Shown here: piece after piece, positions 35,613 to 45,381 of the stretch
How positions within the stretch are numbered: position 1 is the stretch's first letter
Layout: each line of letters opens with the position of its first letter
From: an uncultured Leptospirales bacterium
GTDB lineage: Bacteria; Spirochaetota; UBA4802; UBA5550
DNA length: 64,000 nucleotides
Direction: 5' to 3'
Assembly: GCA_964512685.1 (NCBI GenBank)
Contig: CAZEJW010000004.1
Location: forward strand, 3,398 to 67,397
Position numbers and translations under genes: made by a program
The notes under the pieces: model-generated
The model's database searches: none
Told to the model about the DNA's origin: nothing
What the model saw: only the letters and a program-made list of their open reading frames with translations

Positions 35613-35849
35613 TAAAATACTCCTGTAAGGTAATTCAGCGGTAGAAAGTTCCGCCTTAAGCCTGTCAAATCCGCAATTAACTTAAAACTGATTGTAATTC
35701 AGGCAAGAAAATCGGTGGGTTATTAAAGCTTTTTCACAGCCATTAAATCATGCAGCCGGTTTGTGTCAATGACTATAAAGAAAATATAGTGTCAGTCCCG
35801 ATCTTTTTTTTATTGACACTATATATTTATTATTTCATCTGATTATATA

Positions 35850-35981
<132 letters not shown>

Positions 35982-36074
35982 TGATTGCATCTGTTTCCCT
36001 TCAGAGGATTAACTGCGCAGATTATCATCTCATACCCTGAATATTGAAATAACCTAATATAACAGGGAGAAATT

Positions 36075-36728
36075 ATGAACAGACCACTTCTATCAAGATT
36101 CGGAAATTCGGAAAAAAGAATTACAACAGCTGTAGAGTATCTCAAAGCCGGTAAGGGAGTTCTTCTTGTGGATGATGAAGATCGTGAAAACGAGGGGGAT
36201 ATTATCTTTCCTGCGGAAACAATCACAATTGATCAGATGGCAATGCTGATAAGACACTGCAGCGGAATCGTTTGTCTTCCGATGACTGATGAAAAAATGA
36301 AACAGCTTGATCTGCCGGACATGGTTGATAAAAATACAAGCGCAAACAGAACAGCCTTCACTGTTTCGATAGAGGCTGCAACCGGAGTAACAACCGGCGT
36401 ATCTGCATCTGACAGGGTAACAACAATAAGAACGGCAGTTTCTGAAGGATGCAGACCTGATGAACTGAACAGACCCGGGCATGTTTTTCCTCTCAGAGCT
36501 GCACCTGGAGGAGTTTTTTCCAGACGCGGCCATACTGAAGGAACTGTGGATATCATGAGGATTGCCGGATACAAACCCGCCGGAGTACTCTGTGAACTTA
36601 CCAACGAGGATGGAACAATGGCACGCTTGCCGGAAATAATTGTATTTGCTGAAAAAAATGATTTAACCGTGCTCACAATTGAGGATATAGTACACTACAG
36701 AAAAATGAATGATAAGCAGGGAATATAA
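36075..36728 (+). CDS. ribB: 3,4-dihydroxy-2-butanone-4-phosphate synthase
   Basis: 217 aa. '[20 protein letters not shown]' and '[10 protein letters not shown]'. Confidence 0.95.
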   Translation: MNRPLLSRFGNSEKRITTAVEYLKAGKGVLLVDDEDRENEGDIIFPAETITIDQMAMLIRHCSGIVCLPMTDEKMKQLDLPDMVDKNTSANRTAFTVSIEAATGVTTGVSASDRVTTIRTAVSEGCRPDELNRPGHVFPLRAAPGGVFSRRGHTEGTVDIMRIAGYKPAGVLCELTNEDGTMARLPEIIVFAEKNDLTVLTIEDIVHYRKMNDKQGI

Positions 36729-36760
36729 CCGGAGCCGGAATGGCTCCGGTTATATTCCTG
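36718..36760 (+). terminator. 19-bp perfect hairpin overlapping the ribB stop codon
   Basis: cagggaatataaccggagc(c)-ggaat-complement, with no clear T-tract. It also argues against the annotated ATG at 36740 for the next ORF. Confidence 0.55.
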
Positions 36761-36778
36761 GTGAAAATGGAAAATTCT

Positions 36779-37543
36779 ATGAAAAGAATATTTTTGATAT
36801 TTGTTACAATAATTGTTTTTTCGTACGGTTCTTCTTTTTCTGATGAGGATGTGTGCTCAGGTGTTAGCATGCAGACTCTCCAAAAGCACCTGCCGGTTGG
36901 CACATATGATATTGTGTCAAAGAAAAAAAGAAACGGTCTGTGTGAAATTATCATCAAAATAGGAGGAGGGCTTGTACCGGTATATGCCTGTGGTGATTAT
37001 GTTCTTGCAGGCAAAATGTATTCTGATGGTGTAAATCTTACTCAGAAAACAATTAATTCTATTCATAAAAGAAAACTGAAAGCTAATCTTCAGCTGATTG
37101 AAAGCAGTGTCCTTTTCCGCTACAGACCCCCCAACGACTGTACTGCTGTCTATGTTTTTACGGATCCTCTGTGTCCGCACTGCCATGATGCTGAAAAGGA
37201 ACTCAGGAGGTTTGCAGATAAGAACCGCGTTGAATTCAGGTTTATTCTGACCAGTGTACACGGCAAAAAGGCTGAGGTAATGTGTATTGATGCAGCCTGC
37301 AGAAAATTTAATTATGGTGATTATCTTTCATCCGGATGGAGAAAGACAGAGTCGAAGAGGTTTAACTGTCCGGAAGGAAAAAAATTATATGATCTTGGAG
37401 AAAAGGCGTTTGATTCACTTGAACTGGAAGGAGTTCCTTCCTTTGTCTTTGATGATGGAAGAAGGTATTCAGGTTCAGATTTAAGCAGGTTGAGAGATAT
37501 TCTTTCTGATTACAGGACTGATAAAAAGAGTGAAAATAAATAA
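36779..37543 (+). CDS. periplasmic thiol:disulfide interchange protein, DsbC/DsbG-like
   Basis: Start at ATG 36779 (signal peptide 'MKRIFLIFVTIIVFS'). Thioredoxin-fold active site 'FTDPLCPHCH'. Confidence 0.75.
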   Translation: MKRIFLIFVTIIVFSYGSSFSDEDVCSGVSMQTLQKHLPVGTYDIVSKKKRNGLCEIIIKIGGGLVPVYACGDYVLAGKMYSDGVNLTQKTINSIHKRKLKANLQLIESSVLFRYRPPNDCTAVYVFTDPLCPHCHDAEKELRRFADKNRVEFRFILTSVHGKKAEVMCIDAACRKFNYGDYLSSGWRKTESKRFNCPEGKKLYDLGEKAFDSLELEGVPSFVFDDGRRYSGSDLSRLRDILSDYRTDKKSENK

Positions 37544-37822
37544 TCAGAAAGGTGTTTTGCTTTTCAGCATTTCCAGATCATTTTTTTCTGAGTGAGTTCT
37601 TTCCTCTTTTACGCAGGTATCTTCATCGCATTTTGGAAGTTTCACTGCCTGCTTTGTAGTTTTTTTTTCGGTATTTGTCTTCAGTGAAGATCCGGTTGCT
37701 TCATGCTGTATCTTCTCAGCAGTTCCGGGATTTTTTTTCATACGGGTGTCTTCATCCTTCATAATGAAAAGTAATATCAGGCTGATACATGCCATCAGCA
37801 GGGCAATAATTTTTTTCATCAT
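37544..37822 (-). CDS. small secreted/anchored hypothetical protein
   Basis: Start at ATG 37822 (GGGAGA SD). Signal/anchor 'MMKKIIALLMACISLILLF' followed by a charged Lys/Glu/Thr-rich tail. Confidence 0.5.
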   Translation of the reverse strand: MMKKIIALLMACISLILLFIMKDEDTRMKKNPGTAEKIQHEATGSSLKTNTEKKTTKQAVKLPKCDEDTCVKEERTHSEKNDLEMLKSKTPF

Positions 37823-37997
37823 TAATCTCCCATAGTCTAATATTTTACGATTTGTTTTTGAGGTCAAACTGTTTATTCGATTCACGATATTTTTTTCTGT
37901 CAGTAATTGCTGGAGCATGAATGTTTTTTGCTTTCCTGTTTCTTAATTTTCAGAGAACGATAAAAGTTATTTAATGAAATCAAAAATACTGAATCGT

Positions 37998-38738
37998 TCA
38001 GGTTGTCTTATTGAAAAAATTTTCCATTACATCTTTCAGTTTCTGATTGAGGTTGTTTTTTTTAGGCAGGTTATTATGGTCAAGGTAGAGTTTTCTGTTG
38101 ATTTCAATCTGTATCCAGGGAAGGGGCTTGCCCCCATAGTGTGATGTAATAAAACCGCCGTTGAATGGCTTATTTATTCTGATTTCATCTTCACTGAGAC
38201 CGGCGCATTCCACGAATGATTCTTTCAGCTTTTGGATGAGCTCAAATGAGGCCGATCTGCCATTTGCGTTAGCAAGACAGACAGCGGGCCTTGGCTGTCC
38301 GGCGTTGGGTGATATAATAGGTGCTGTATGATTCATTGAATGACAGTCAAAGCAGGCAATAATTTTATTATTCGCAAGATGTTTTGTGAGCATATCATGC
38401 CAGGGGTAATAATATTTGTTTAGTAAAAGAGATACAAGGTCAGGCCTTTCTTCAATATCTATGGTGTAGATCTTCCTTTTGAAACAGGTAAAGTTTTTTA
38501 TAACACCGTCAGCGCATAGAGGTGGAAGAGAATCCGGTTTCCTGTTAAGATCAACATAAGGTCTCGCAATATCGCTTTTTATTATATGGTCTGATATATC
38601 ATCAAAATCATAAAGCTCCTGAGTGAATGGATCAATATCCTGTATTATATCATATAACGTTAAAATATTGATATCCTTTACCTCATCGGGAATGCCTGTG
38701 CCTCCGTGAGGAACTGAAAAAAGAAAAGGCAGTTTCAA
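37998..38738 (-). CDS. N-formylglutamate amidohydrolase (FGase) family hydrolase
   Basis: 246 aa with a TTG start overlapping the ggt stop (TTGA). 'FSVPHGGTGIPDE' and 'FDCHSM'. Confidence 0.7.
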   Translation of the reverse strand: MKLPFLFSVPHGGTGIPDEVKDINILTLYDIIQDIDPFTQELYDFDDISDHIIKSDIARPYVDLNRKPDSLPPLCADGVIKNFTCFKRKIYTIDIEERPDLVSLLLNKYYYPWHDMLTKHLANNKIIACFDCHSMNHTAPIISPNAGQPRPAVCLANANGRSASFELIQKLKESFVECAGLSEDEIRINKPFNGGFITSHYGGKPLPWIQIEINRKLYLDHNNLPKKNNLNQKLKDVMENFFNKTT

Positions 38739-40366
38739 TCAAGACCTCCGGCAATACCGTCGCTGCTGATTTCTGCCCCTCCCTGAAATCCGCGGCCTGT
38801 CTGTTTTTTCAGTACTGCGTGTATTGCTCCCAGATAGAATGAATAATCCTCTCTTCTGTCTATCCTGTATCCGTTTTCTTCGAGATGAGTTATAACTTCC
38901 GGCGGGAAACGATTAGCCTCAATGCTTACCCTTCCACCCATTGAACAGTGCAACCTTGGCAGAAGCATTGCCTCGCTTATGGGAAGATGTTCATCTATTA
39001 CATGGATAAGAAACTGTGCAATTGATGATAGAATTCTTTCACTCCCCGGACTTCCAACTGCCATCCAGACTTCATTTCCGGCATAAATCAGGGTAGGTGC
39101 AACAGATGCCCATGGATTAGCATTCGGCCTTAGGTAGAAAGGATGCGCAGGAAGGGAATAGTCAAAATCAAGAAGATAGTTATTATAAAGAAAACCTGCC
39201 CCCTGAACAGCTGCCTTGCTGCCGTATACCCTTTCTATTGATTGCGTGAGTGATACGGCTGTTCCGTTTTTATCAATTACAGAAAGGTGAGTCGTTTCAC
39301 CTCTCAGTTCGTCCATGGATTCCCTTACAGGAAGGGGCATTCCTGCTGAATTAATTATTTCCTTTATTGACGCATGGCAGAATTTTTTGTTGAGAATATC
39401 CATGTCTGCAATTTGCGCGTAAAAGTTAGGGTCATACGGACGGTCATTACGTTCAAGGATTGCCTTACGGAATATTTCACATAGGAGATGAGCTCTTCTT
39501 TTCTCATCAGTTCTGAATGTTGCAGGAGAGAGATAGTTAATCATCATGAGTGTATAAAGCAGAGAACGTCCTGCTCCGGGAGGAGGCATCGAATAAACCG
39601 GCAGTCCTCTGAATTTTCTTCTGAGAGGCTTCCTTTCTATGGGCCATGGAATGAGGGCCAGATCGTCAAACCTCAAAAGACCTCCATGTTCTCTCATGTC
39701 AGAATCAATCATCTTTGCAATTTTTCCTGAATAGAAACTTTTAACACCTGTTTCTGAAATTGTTTCAAGTGTTGAGGCCAGTTCTTTCTGAATAAAGGTT
39801 TCGCCCGGGACGGGTGGAATCTCTTCCCTGAAAAAATATTTCATACCTGATCTTGATTCAACTTTTTCGAAGTTTTCTTTTTCACGTTTTAACAGGCTGT
39901 GTTGTAATTCAGTTATACGGTATCCCACTGAGGCTGTTTCAATAGAAGGACTGACAATCATATTCCAGGGAAGGGTGCCGTATTTTTCATGAACATAGAA
40001 AAGGGTTGCAAGAGTAGAGGGTACAGTCGTTGCTCGATAACCATAAGATTTGTCATATTTATATATAGAGTTTACATGTGCAAGGGAAGGGGCGCGTGAC
40101 GAACCGTCAATGGCAATGACTCTGTTTTTATTTCCAATGAGCATCATTGTCTGTCCGCCAAGGCCTGAAGCCTGAGGTTCACATACTCCAAGGGAAAGAG
40201 CTGCGGTGCATGCAGCATCCACAGCATTTCCACCCGCATTGAGAATTCTTATACCGGCCAGGGTTGCATCAGGAAATGCAGTGGATATCATCCCGTTAGA
40301 TGATTCTGACCATTTGCAGTCACCAGAAGGCTTGAATGAATTCTCTATGTTATCAATATTTATCAT
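38735..40366 (-). CDS. ggt: gamma-glutamyltranspeptidase family protein (no obvious signal peptide)
   Basis: 543 aa. 'GGNAVDAA', autoprocessing/nucleophile 'GETTHLSVIDKNGTAVSLTQSIE', and 'GSPGSERI'. ATGA overlap with the upstream gene. Confidence 0.88.
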   Translation of the reverse strand: MINIDNIENSFKPSGDCKWSESSNGMISTAFPDATLAGIRILNAGGNAVDAACTAALSLGVCEPQASGLGGQTMMLIGNKNRVIAIDGSSRAPSLAHVNSIYKYDKSYGYRATTVPSTLATLFYVHEKYGTLPWNMIVSPSIETASVGYRITELQHSLLKREKENFEKVESRSGMKYFFREEIPPVPGETFIQKELASTLETISETGVKSFYSGKIAKMIDSDMREHGGLLRFDDLALIPWPIERKPLRRKFRGLPVYSMPPPGAGRSLLYTLMMINYLSPATFRTDEKRRAHLLCEIFRKAILERNDRPYDPNFYAQIADMDILNKKFCHASIKEIINSAGMPLPVRESMDELRGETTHLSVIDKNGTAVSLTQSIERVYGSKAAVQGAGFLYNNYLLDFDYSLPAHPFYLRPNANPWASVAPTLIYAGNEVWMAVGSPGSERILSSIAQFLIHVIDEHLPISEAMLLPRLHCSMGGRVSIEANRFPPEVITHLEENGYRIDRREDYSFYLGAIHAVLKKQTGRGFQGGAEISSDGIAGGLD

Positions 40367-42528
40367 TTTCCCTTTTTCAGCTCAAGGATGAGCAGTGCAA
40401 GAAGTGATGCGCGTTCAGGAAGGCTGTGACGCAGAATAAATTCCCTGTGTTCTGTTTCAAAAGCGCCAACTGGCCCCAGTCCGTCAACGATGGTTTTTGA
40501 TTCATCTGCACTGCTGATATCAGAAGAGCTCCAGCGGTGTTCTTCAAGTATTCTTATATCAAGGTCATTGCTTATTCGTTTTATTGATCTGAAAAGGTGT
40601 TCTGTTTCATCGGTTTTTATTACCGGCAGTCTTCGTATACCGCCCTCGACCCTGAACCTGCATGAAGAGGCATTTGATTTCTTTACAAGCAGCCTTATCC
40701 TGTCGTCAATTTTTTCTGCCTTTTTTCTGTCATTGAAACGGATACTGAATGAAACCTCTCCTTCTGCAAAAATTTCCGCAATGTCACTCCTGAGCTCTAC
40801 AGATCTTGGGGTTATTACTATACCGTTTTTTTCATCGGTCATTTCAGTTATTGAAGAAACAAGTTTTAGAAATCTTGCGGATGAAGAAGCCACGTCACTC
40901 GAACCTTTCGGGTTCATTAAATTCATCTGTGCAGTATAAACAGCTGCCCCGGAACGTGAGGTGATAACCGTACTTCCCATTGAGCTTCCTGAAAGTCCGA
41001 TAACATATCCTGATCTCTGTGAAAAATCTCTTATGTAAACCTGTGAAAATTTTCCCTGAAGGGCATTATCTGTGGTGAAGAGTATTCCGGTTTTAATGTT
41101 CCTGAGAGCCCTTAAAAATCTCAGCGACTGAAGCGCTGCCAGGAGAACACATATCCCACCTTTATTCTCCCAGATTCCGGTTCCGTACAACCTGTCAGAA
41201 GTTTCCCTGAAAGAATTGTGTTTTGTAAAAGAAATCGGGCTGTCAAGGTGACAAACGATGAGTATATCAAGAGACCTTTCAGGTGTGTTTGAGAAAAAAA
41301 GAATATTCCCAACTTCAACCTGAGGTATGACCTGTAGAAGAAATCCAAGTTGTGAGAGCTGTTTGGATATTATATTTCCAAGATTATTTACTCCGTCAAT
41401 ATTTCTCACAAAAGAGTTTATGTTTACAAGATCTGAAAGTAATTTTTCTGTCTTGTCCTGCCTGCTTCTGAGGAACCCTCTGATCTTCGCTGGAAGGTTA
41501 TTTTTTTTCTCTGACAGAACAGACTCATTGCGATTGACAGGTGCGGTGTTTCTTTCGAAATATCGAACAGTTGCGACATCTAGCATCTTGTTGACCAGTT
41601 TTTTGTAGTCATAACCTGCAACTTTAGCGGCCTGTACATATGAACCGGTAGTTCCAAGGCTTGCCATGGAATTGATTTCCAAAAGGTAGATGTTATTGTC
41701 GCTGTCCAGTCTGATATCAACCCTCGCAAAGTCTCTTAGCCCGAGACTTCTGAATGCCTCTTTGCTGAGGTCTGCCATTCTTTTTGAAAGGTCTTCAGAA
41801 AGAATGGCAGGGCATATTTTATTCCTGGGTTTGAATTTTTTGTTTTCTACTGTCTGTATCCCAAATGGATCATTTTCAAGATCTATTTCGAGAATAGGAA
41901 AGACTTCAGGGTTGCCATTGCCCAGCAACCCAACACAGAATTCCCGCCCTGGAATAAACTGTTCGACCAGTGCGGGTTGTGAGTATTCTTCTATGATGAA
42001 ATCAATGGCATCCTGAAGTTCATTTTTATTTTCTGCAATTCTAAGACCAAAAGAAACAGCTTCCATCTTTGGTTTTACAATTACAGGAAACCCAAGATCA
42101 TCAGGATATTCATCAGCAGATGAATACACCTGGAAGTGAGGAGTGGGAATATTGTATTTCTGCATGATGATTTTTGTGATCACCTTGTCCAGGGCCAGTG
42201 TATGTCCTTCCGGATTCGATCCTACATATGGAATCCCAAGCATCTCGAGCATGGAAGGCAGGTGCGTGTATCTCGCTTCGCCCTGAATTCCGTATGCCAT
42301 ATTGAATACCATACCCATTTTTTCGCCTTCCATGACACTGGGCATGAATTCCTGAAGCCTTTCAATGAGATGCATATCTCCATTGATTACACGTACATTA
42401 TGGCCGGCTGATTCCAGAGAATCAGCGACCATCCGAACTGTTTGAGGATTATAGATTTCCTTGTTCTGTATGCCAAAACGGTTTATAACTTTGGAAATGT
42501 CTCTGTTGTATATTATTGCTACTTTCAT
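40363..42528 (-). CDS. fusion of a D-Ala-D-Ala-ligase-like ATP-grasp enzyme and an M20-peptidase-like domain
   Basis: Start taken at ATG 42528 ('MKVAIIYN'), downstream of a terminator. ATP-grasp: 'FPVIVKPKMEAVSFG', 'EQFIPGREFCVG', 'ARVDIRLDSDNNIYLLEINS'. M20-like: 'ILIVCHLDSP', 'GIWENKGG', 'ILFTTDNALQG'. Confidence 0.78.
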   Translation of the reverse strand: MKVAIIYNRDISKVINRFGIQNKEIYNPQTVRMVADSLESAGHNVRVINGDMHLIERLQEFMPSVMEGEKMGMVFNMAYGIQGEARYTHLPSMLEMLGIPYVGSNPEGHTLALDKVITKIIMQKYNIPTPHFQVYSSADEYPDDLGFPVIVKPKMEAVSFGLRIAENKNELQDAIDFIIEEYSQPALVEQFIPGREFCVGLLGNGNPEVFPILEIDLENDPFGIQTVENKKFKPRNKICPAILSEDLSKRMADLSKEAFRSLGLRDFARVDIRLDSDNNIYLLEINSMASLGTTGSYVQAAKVAGYDYKKLVNKMLDVATVRYFERNTAPVNRNESVLSEKKNNLPAKIRGFLRSRQDKTEKLLSDLVNINSFVRNIDGVNNLGNIISKQLSQLGFLLQVIPQVEVGNILFFSNTPERSLDILIVCHLDSPISFTKHNSFRETSDRLYGTGIWENKGGICVLLAALQSLRFLRALRNIKTGILFTTDNALQGKFSQVYIRDFSQRSGYVIGLSGSSMGSTVITSRSGAAVYTAQMNLMNPKGSSDVASSSARFLKLVSSITEMTDEKNGIVITPRSVELRSDIAEIFAEGEVSFSIRFNDRKKAEKIDDRIRLLVKKSNASSCRFRVEGGIRRLPVIKTDETEHLFRSIKRISNDLDIRILEEHRWSSSDISSADESKTIVDGLGPVGAFETEHREFILRHSLPERASLLALLILELKKGK

Positions 42529-42549
42529 TCTTTGTGAATATCCTGCCTT

Positions 42550-42580
42550 AAAACAAAAGTGTCCTCGACAGAACGAGGAC
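42550..42580 (-). terminator. intrinsic terminator after the small acidic protein genes
   Basis: On the minus strand: gtcctcg-ttctgt-cgaggac followed by 'acttttgtttt'. This makes the annotated ATG at 42582 implausible. Confidence 0.7.
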
Positions 42581-42613
42581 ATTTATGCTAATCAAAATTT
42601 ATGTGCCTGAAGT

Positions 42614-42808
42614 TTATTTTTCTTCAGCTGCCTCTTCATCCGAAACAACATCTTCTTCATCCTTTTGAATGTCTTTATCTGTTGTTTTGCTGCTTTTGCT
42701 CTCAATTTTGTCACTGGCTTCAGAACCGGTTTTTTTGTCAGCACAACCGGCAGCCAGCAAAACAGAAAGGATGAGCGTGAGAATAATTGAAATGTATTTT
42801 TTCAACAA
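42614..42808 (-). CDS. small acidic lipoprotein
   Basis: 64 aa with a TTG start. Lipobox 'LLAAGC' followed by a Ser/Asp/Glu/Lys-rich tail. Confidence 0.55.
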   Translation of the reverse strand: MLKKYISIILTLILSVLLAAGCADKKTGSEASDKIESKSSKTTDKDIQKDEEDVVSDEEAAEEK

Positions 42809-42811
42809 TTT

Positions 42812-43066
42812 CTACCTGCTTTCTTCGCTGCTTTCTGTTTCATCAGTACCATAATCTTCCTGAGAGTTGTCAGTACTATCTTCATTGCTTCCCTGATCAT
42901 CATTTTCTTCTTTCGCATTACCTGTGTCAGTGTCAGTATTCTGGCAGTAGAATTCACCATTCTGGCTGTTGACTTTTGTATCAGCAAAAGCTCCTGCTGA
43001 TATCATAAGAAAAGCTGCAAGCATGAAGAAAGACATAACTCTTTTCAAATATGATTCTTTTTTCAT
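42812..43066 (-). CDS. small secreted, highly acidic low-complexity protein
   Basis: Start at ATG 43066 (GGAGG SD about 10 nt upstream). Signal peptide '...MISAGAFA' followed by a D/E/S/T/N-rich ~55 aa. Confidence 0.55.
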   Translation of the reverse strand: MKKESYLKRVMSFFMLAAFLMISAGAFADTKVNSQNGEFYCQNTDTDTGNAKEENDDQGSNEDSTDNSQEDYGTDETESSEESR

Positions 43067-43191
43067 TGTTTTAATTACCTCCGATAGTATCAATGGATGC
43101 TGGATATATAATACCGGAGAGGAAACTAGTCAATTCAGGTATCTGTGATTTAAAGATAACAAAAAGTATTAGAATATTTGGTGGTAATCAC

Positions 43192-44529
43192 ATGAAATTG
43201 AAGGATTCAGACATGCTTGCCCAGGTTTTTGAGGATTCTCTTGATCCTATAATAATCGAAGATCTCAATGGAATTGTAATAGAGATGAACCGTGAGGCAG
43301 AAAGCGCTTATGGTTTTTCAAGGGAAGAGCTAATTGGCAGTTCCATTAAAAGAATAGTGCCAGAAGACAATCATCAACAGGCAGAGGCTCTTCTTTCAAA
43401 ATGTATAAAAGGCGAAAGGGTTAGAAATGTAGAATCACGCAGAAGAAATAAAAAGGGAAGTGTTCTGCCGGTTCTGCTGACTCTGTCATTGCTGAAGTCA
43501 GGGGATGGAAGCCCGGCTGCAATTGCAAGTATCTCAAAGAACATTATAAAGCAAAAAGAAATTGAGAATGAGCTCAAGGAGATAACCGGTCTTTTTGAAT
43601 CAATTCTTAATAATGTGCCGGTTTGTGTACATACAACAGATCAAAATGGAATCATTACCAGGTCAATGGGATCAGGTCTTTTAAAAGCTGGTTTTTCTGA
43701 CGGCAGCCTTAAAGGGAAAAGTATTTTTACTGTTTTGCCCAAGAGCAGTGATGAACTTGGACTTGCCTTTTCCGGTGAGAGCGTGACCCTGCTCGAAACA
43801 GGTGAATATGATGAAAAACTATTTGTGTTTCAGTATACTCTTTTTCCAGGGTTGCCCGATGGCGGTATTGTGGCTATTGGTCTGGATGTAACAGAGTTAA
43901 GGGATCTTCAGCGACGAGTGATAAGCATAAGCGAAGAGGAAAGAGAAAGTATTTCCAGAGAGCTCCATGATGAACTGGGCCAGCTCCTGACCGGGATCGC
44001 ATACCTGGTCAAGGCCCTTGAGGAAAAGGTGTCTGATAATCTCAATGTGGATATTTCTGATATAAGAATGATTGCTGAACTAATAAGGAACGCGCTTGAC
44101 AGAACCCGCAGTATTTCAAGCGGTCTCAGTATGCAGCAGATTCATCATGATTTTACGATATCCATTGAGGAACTTCTTGCAGAAATGGAAAGGCTTTATT
44201 CGGTTAATTTCAACCTTAAAAGAACCGGGGAAGTCATGATTGAAGATCCATCTGTTGCAACGCACCTTTATTATATAGTGAAGGAAGCTGTACACAATGC
44301 AGTGAAACATGGAAGCGAGAGGGATGTTTCCATTGATATTGATGCAGGAGATGAGCTGATCAGGATAGAGGTCAGGAATAAAGGGGATTTTTTATTTCGG
44401 AATAGGGAAAAAGCAGGCGGCCTTGGACTCAGGATTATGAAGTACAGGGCGGATATCATTGGGGCAAAGTTCGAATCAATCATCGATCAGCATGATTTCT
44501 GTATTCAGGTGGAAAAACAATTTCGCTGA
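43192..44529 (+). CDS. cytoplasmic PAS-PAS histidine kinase, HisKA_3 (NarX/DegS-type)
   Basis: Start at ATG 43192 with no TM segments. H-box 'ISRELHDELGQLLTG', 'EAVHNAVKHG' and 'GGLGLRIM'. Confidence 0.85.
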   Translation: MKLKDSDMLAQVFEDSLDPIIIEDLNGIVIEMNREAESAYGFSREELIGSSIKRIVPEDNHQQAEALLSKCIKGERVRNVESRRRNKKGSVLPVLLTLSLLKSGDGSPAAIASISKNIIKQKEIENELKEITGLFESILNNVPVCVHTTDQNGIITRSMGSGLLKAGFSDGSLKGKSIFTVLPKSSDELGLAFSGESVTLLETGEYDEKLFVFQYTLFPGLPDGGIVAIGLDVTELRDLQRRVISISEEERESISRELHDELGQLLTGIAYLVKALEEKVSDNLNVDISDIRMIAELIRNALDRTRSISSGLSMQQIHHDFTISIEELLAEMERLYSVNFNLKRTGEVMIEDPSVATHLYYIVKEAVHNAVKHGSERDVSIDIDAGDELIRIEVRNKGDFLFRNREKAGGLGLRIMKYRADIIGAKFESIIDQHDFCIQVEKQFR

Positions 44530-44695
44530 TGTGAAAGCTCTCCCCGGGTTAAATATCGCAAAAAATATTACTGTTTAATAACATTAATGTGTATTGACAT
44601 GATTGAAAATTTTATGTAGCCATATGTTATCAAACAGAAGAGAACAAACCGGATCTGACTGGTGAGTATTGGTGAAAATTTTTTTGAGGAATTCT

Positions 44696-45361
44696 ATGGG
44701 AAAAATTAAAGTAATGATAATTGATGATCATCCAACAGTTCGAATGGGCATTGAAAAGCTATTGGAGAACAAGGATGATATTGAGGTAGTGGCAAGTATT
44801 GGGGATGTTAATCAGGCGCTGGATTTCTTCAGAAAAACAGTACCTGATGTCGTGCTTGTTGACATTGCGCTCGATGATGAGATGAGCGGGATTGATTTCA
44901 TCCGGGCTGCAGGCAAGAGATATCCCGGTGTGAAGCTTCTTGTGCATACCATGTTCGATGAAAATGTTTATGCTGAGAGAACCCTTCGGGCAGGAGCGAG
45001 AGGATATATACAGAAGAGTGAGGCGCCGGACAGAATTGTATCCGGCATAAGAAATATTATCAATGGGGATCTCATCCTTTCAGACCGAATAAAGGATAAA
45101 ATGATTGTAAAGATGGTTCAGTCCCGTGAAGAATCCCTTGTGGATTCCACAGAAAAGATTGAGGGCCTTACCAACAGGGAACTGGAAATTTTTCAGCTTT
45201 TCGGACATGGTCACAGCATCAGGGAAATCGCCGGAATCCTGAATCTCAGCCAGAATACAATCGAGACTCACAGAAGGAATATCAGGGAGAAGCTTAATCT
45301 TTCGAGCAATAATCAACTAATCAGATCCGCTGTAGAATGGCTCAAGGAAAATAAAAAATGA
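44696..45361 (+). CDS. NarL/FixJ-family response regulator (receiver plus LuxR HTH)
   Basis: Start at ATG 44696 (GAGGA SD). 'VMIIDDHP', 'DVVLVDIAL' and 'LTNRELEIFQLFGHGHSIREIAGILNLSQNTIETHRRNI'. Confidence 0.9.
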   Translation: MGKIKVMIIDDHPTVRMGIEKLLENKDDIEVVASIGDVNQALDFFRKTVPDVVLVDIALDDEMSGIDFIRAAGKRYPGVKLLVHTMFDENVYAERTLRAGARGYIQKSEAPDRIVSGIRNIINGDLILSDRIKDKMIVKMVQSREESLVDSTEKIEGLTNRELEIFQLFGHGHSIREIAGILNLSQNTIETHRRNIREKLNLSSNNQLIRSAVEWLKENKK

Positions 45362-45381
45362 GCCATTCCGCAGCAATGCAA

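Noticed and set aside
35784-35824. 11-bp inverted repeat (atatagtgtca / tgacactatat) and TTGACA upstream of the FMN riboswitch as a defined promoter or operator
   Set aside because: The TTGACA (35813-35818) has no acceptable -10 at a 16-19 nt spacing. The perfect TATAAT (35846-35851) would place the TSS inside riboswitch helix P1. I cannot assign a promoter confidently, and the repeat may belong to the divergent csp leader.
36093-36676. Minus-strand ORFs 36093-36533 and 36233-36676
   Set aside because: They are antisense to the strongly supported, riboswitch-controlled ribB and have no motifs or SD, so they are shadow ORFs. The same reasoning applies to 12778-13389, 13955-14301 (opposite PFOR), 40490-42411 (opposite the ATP-grasp fusion) and 63021-63854 (opposite the oxidoreductase).
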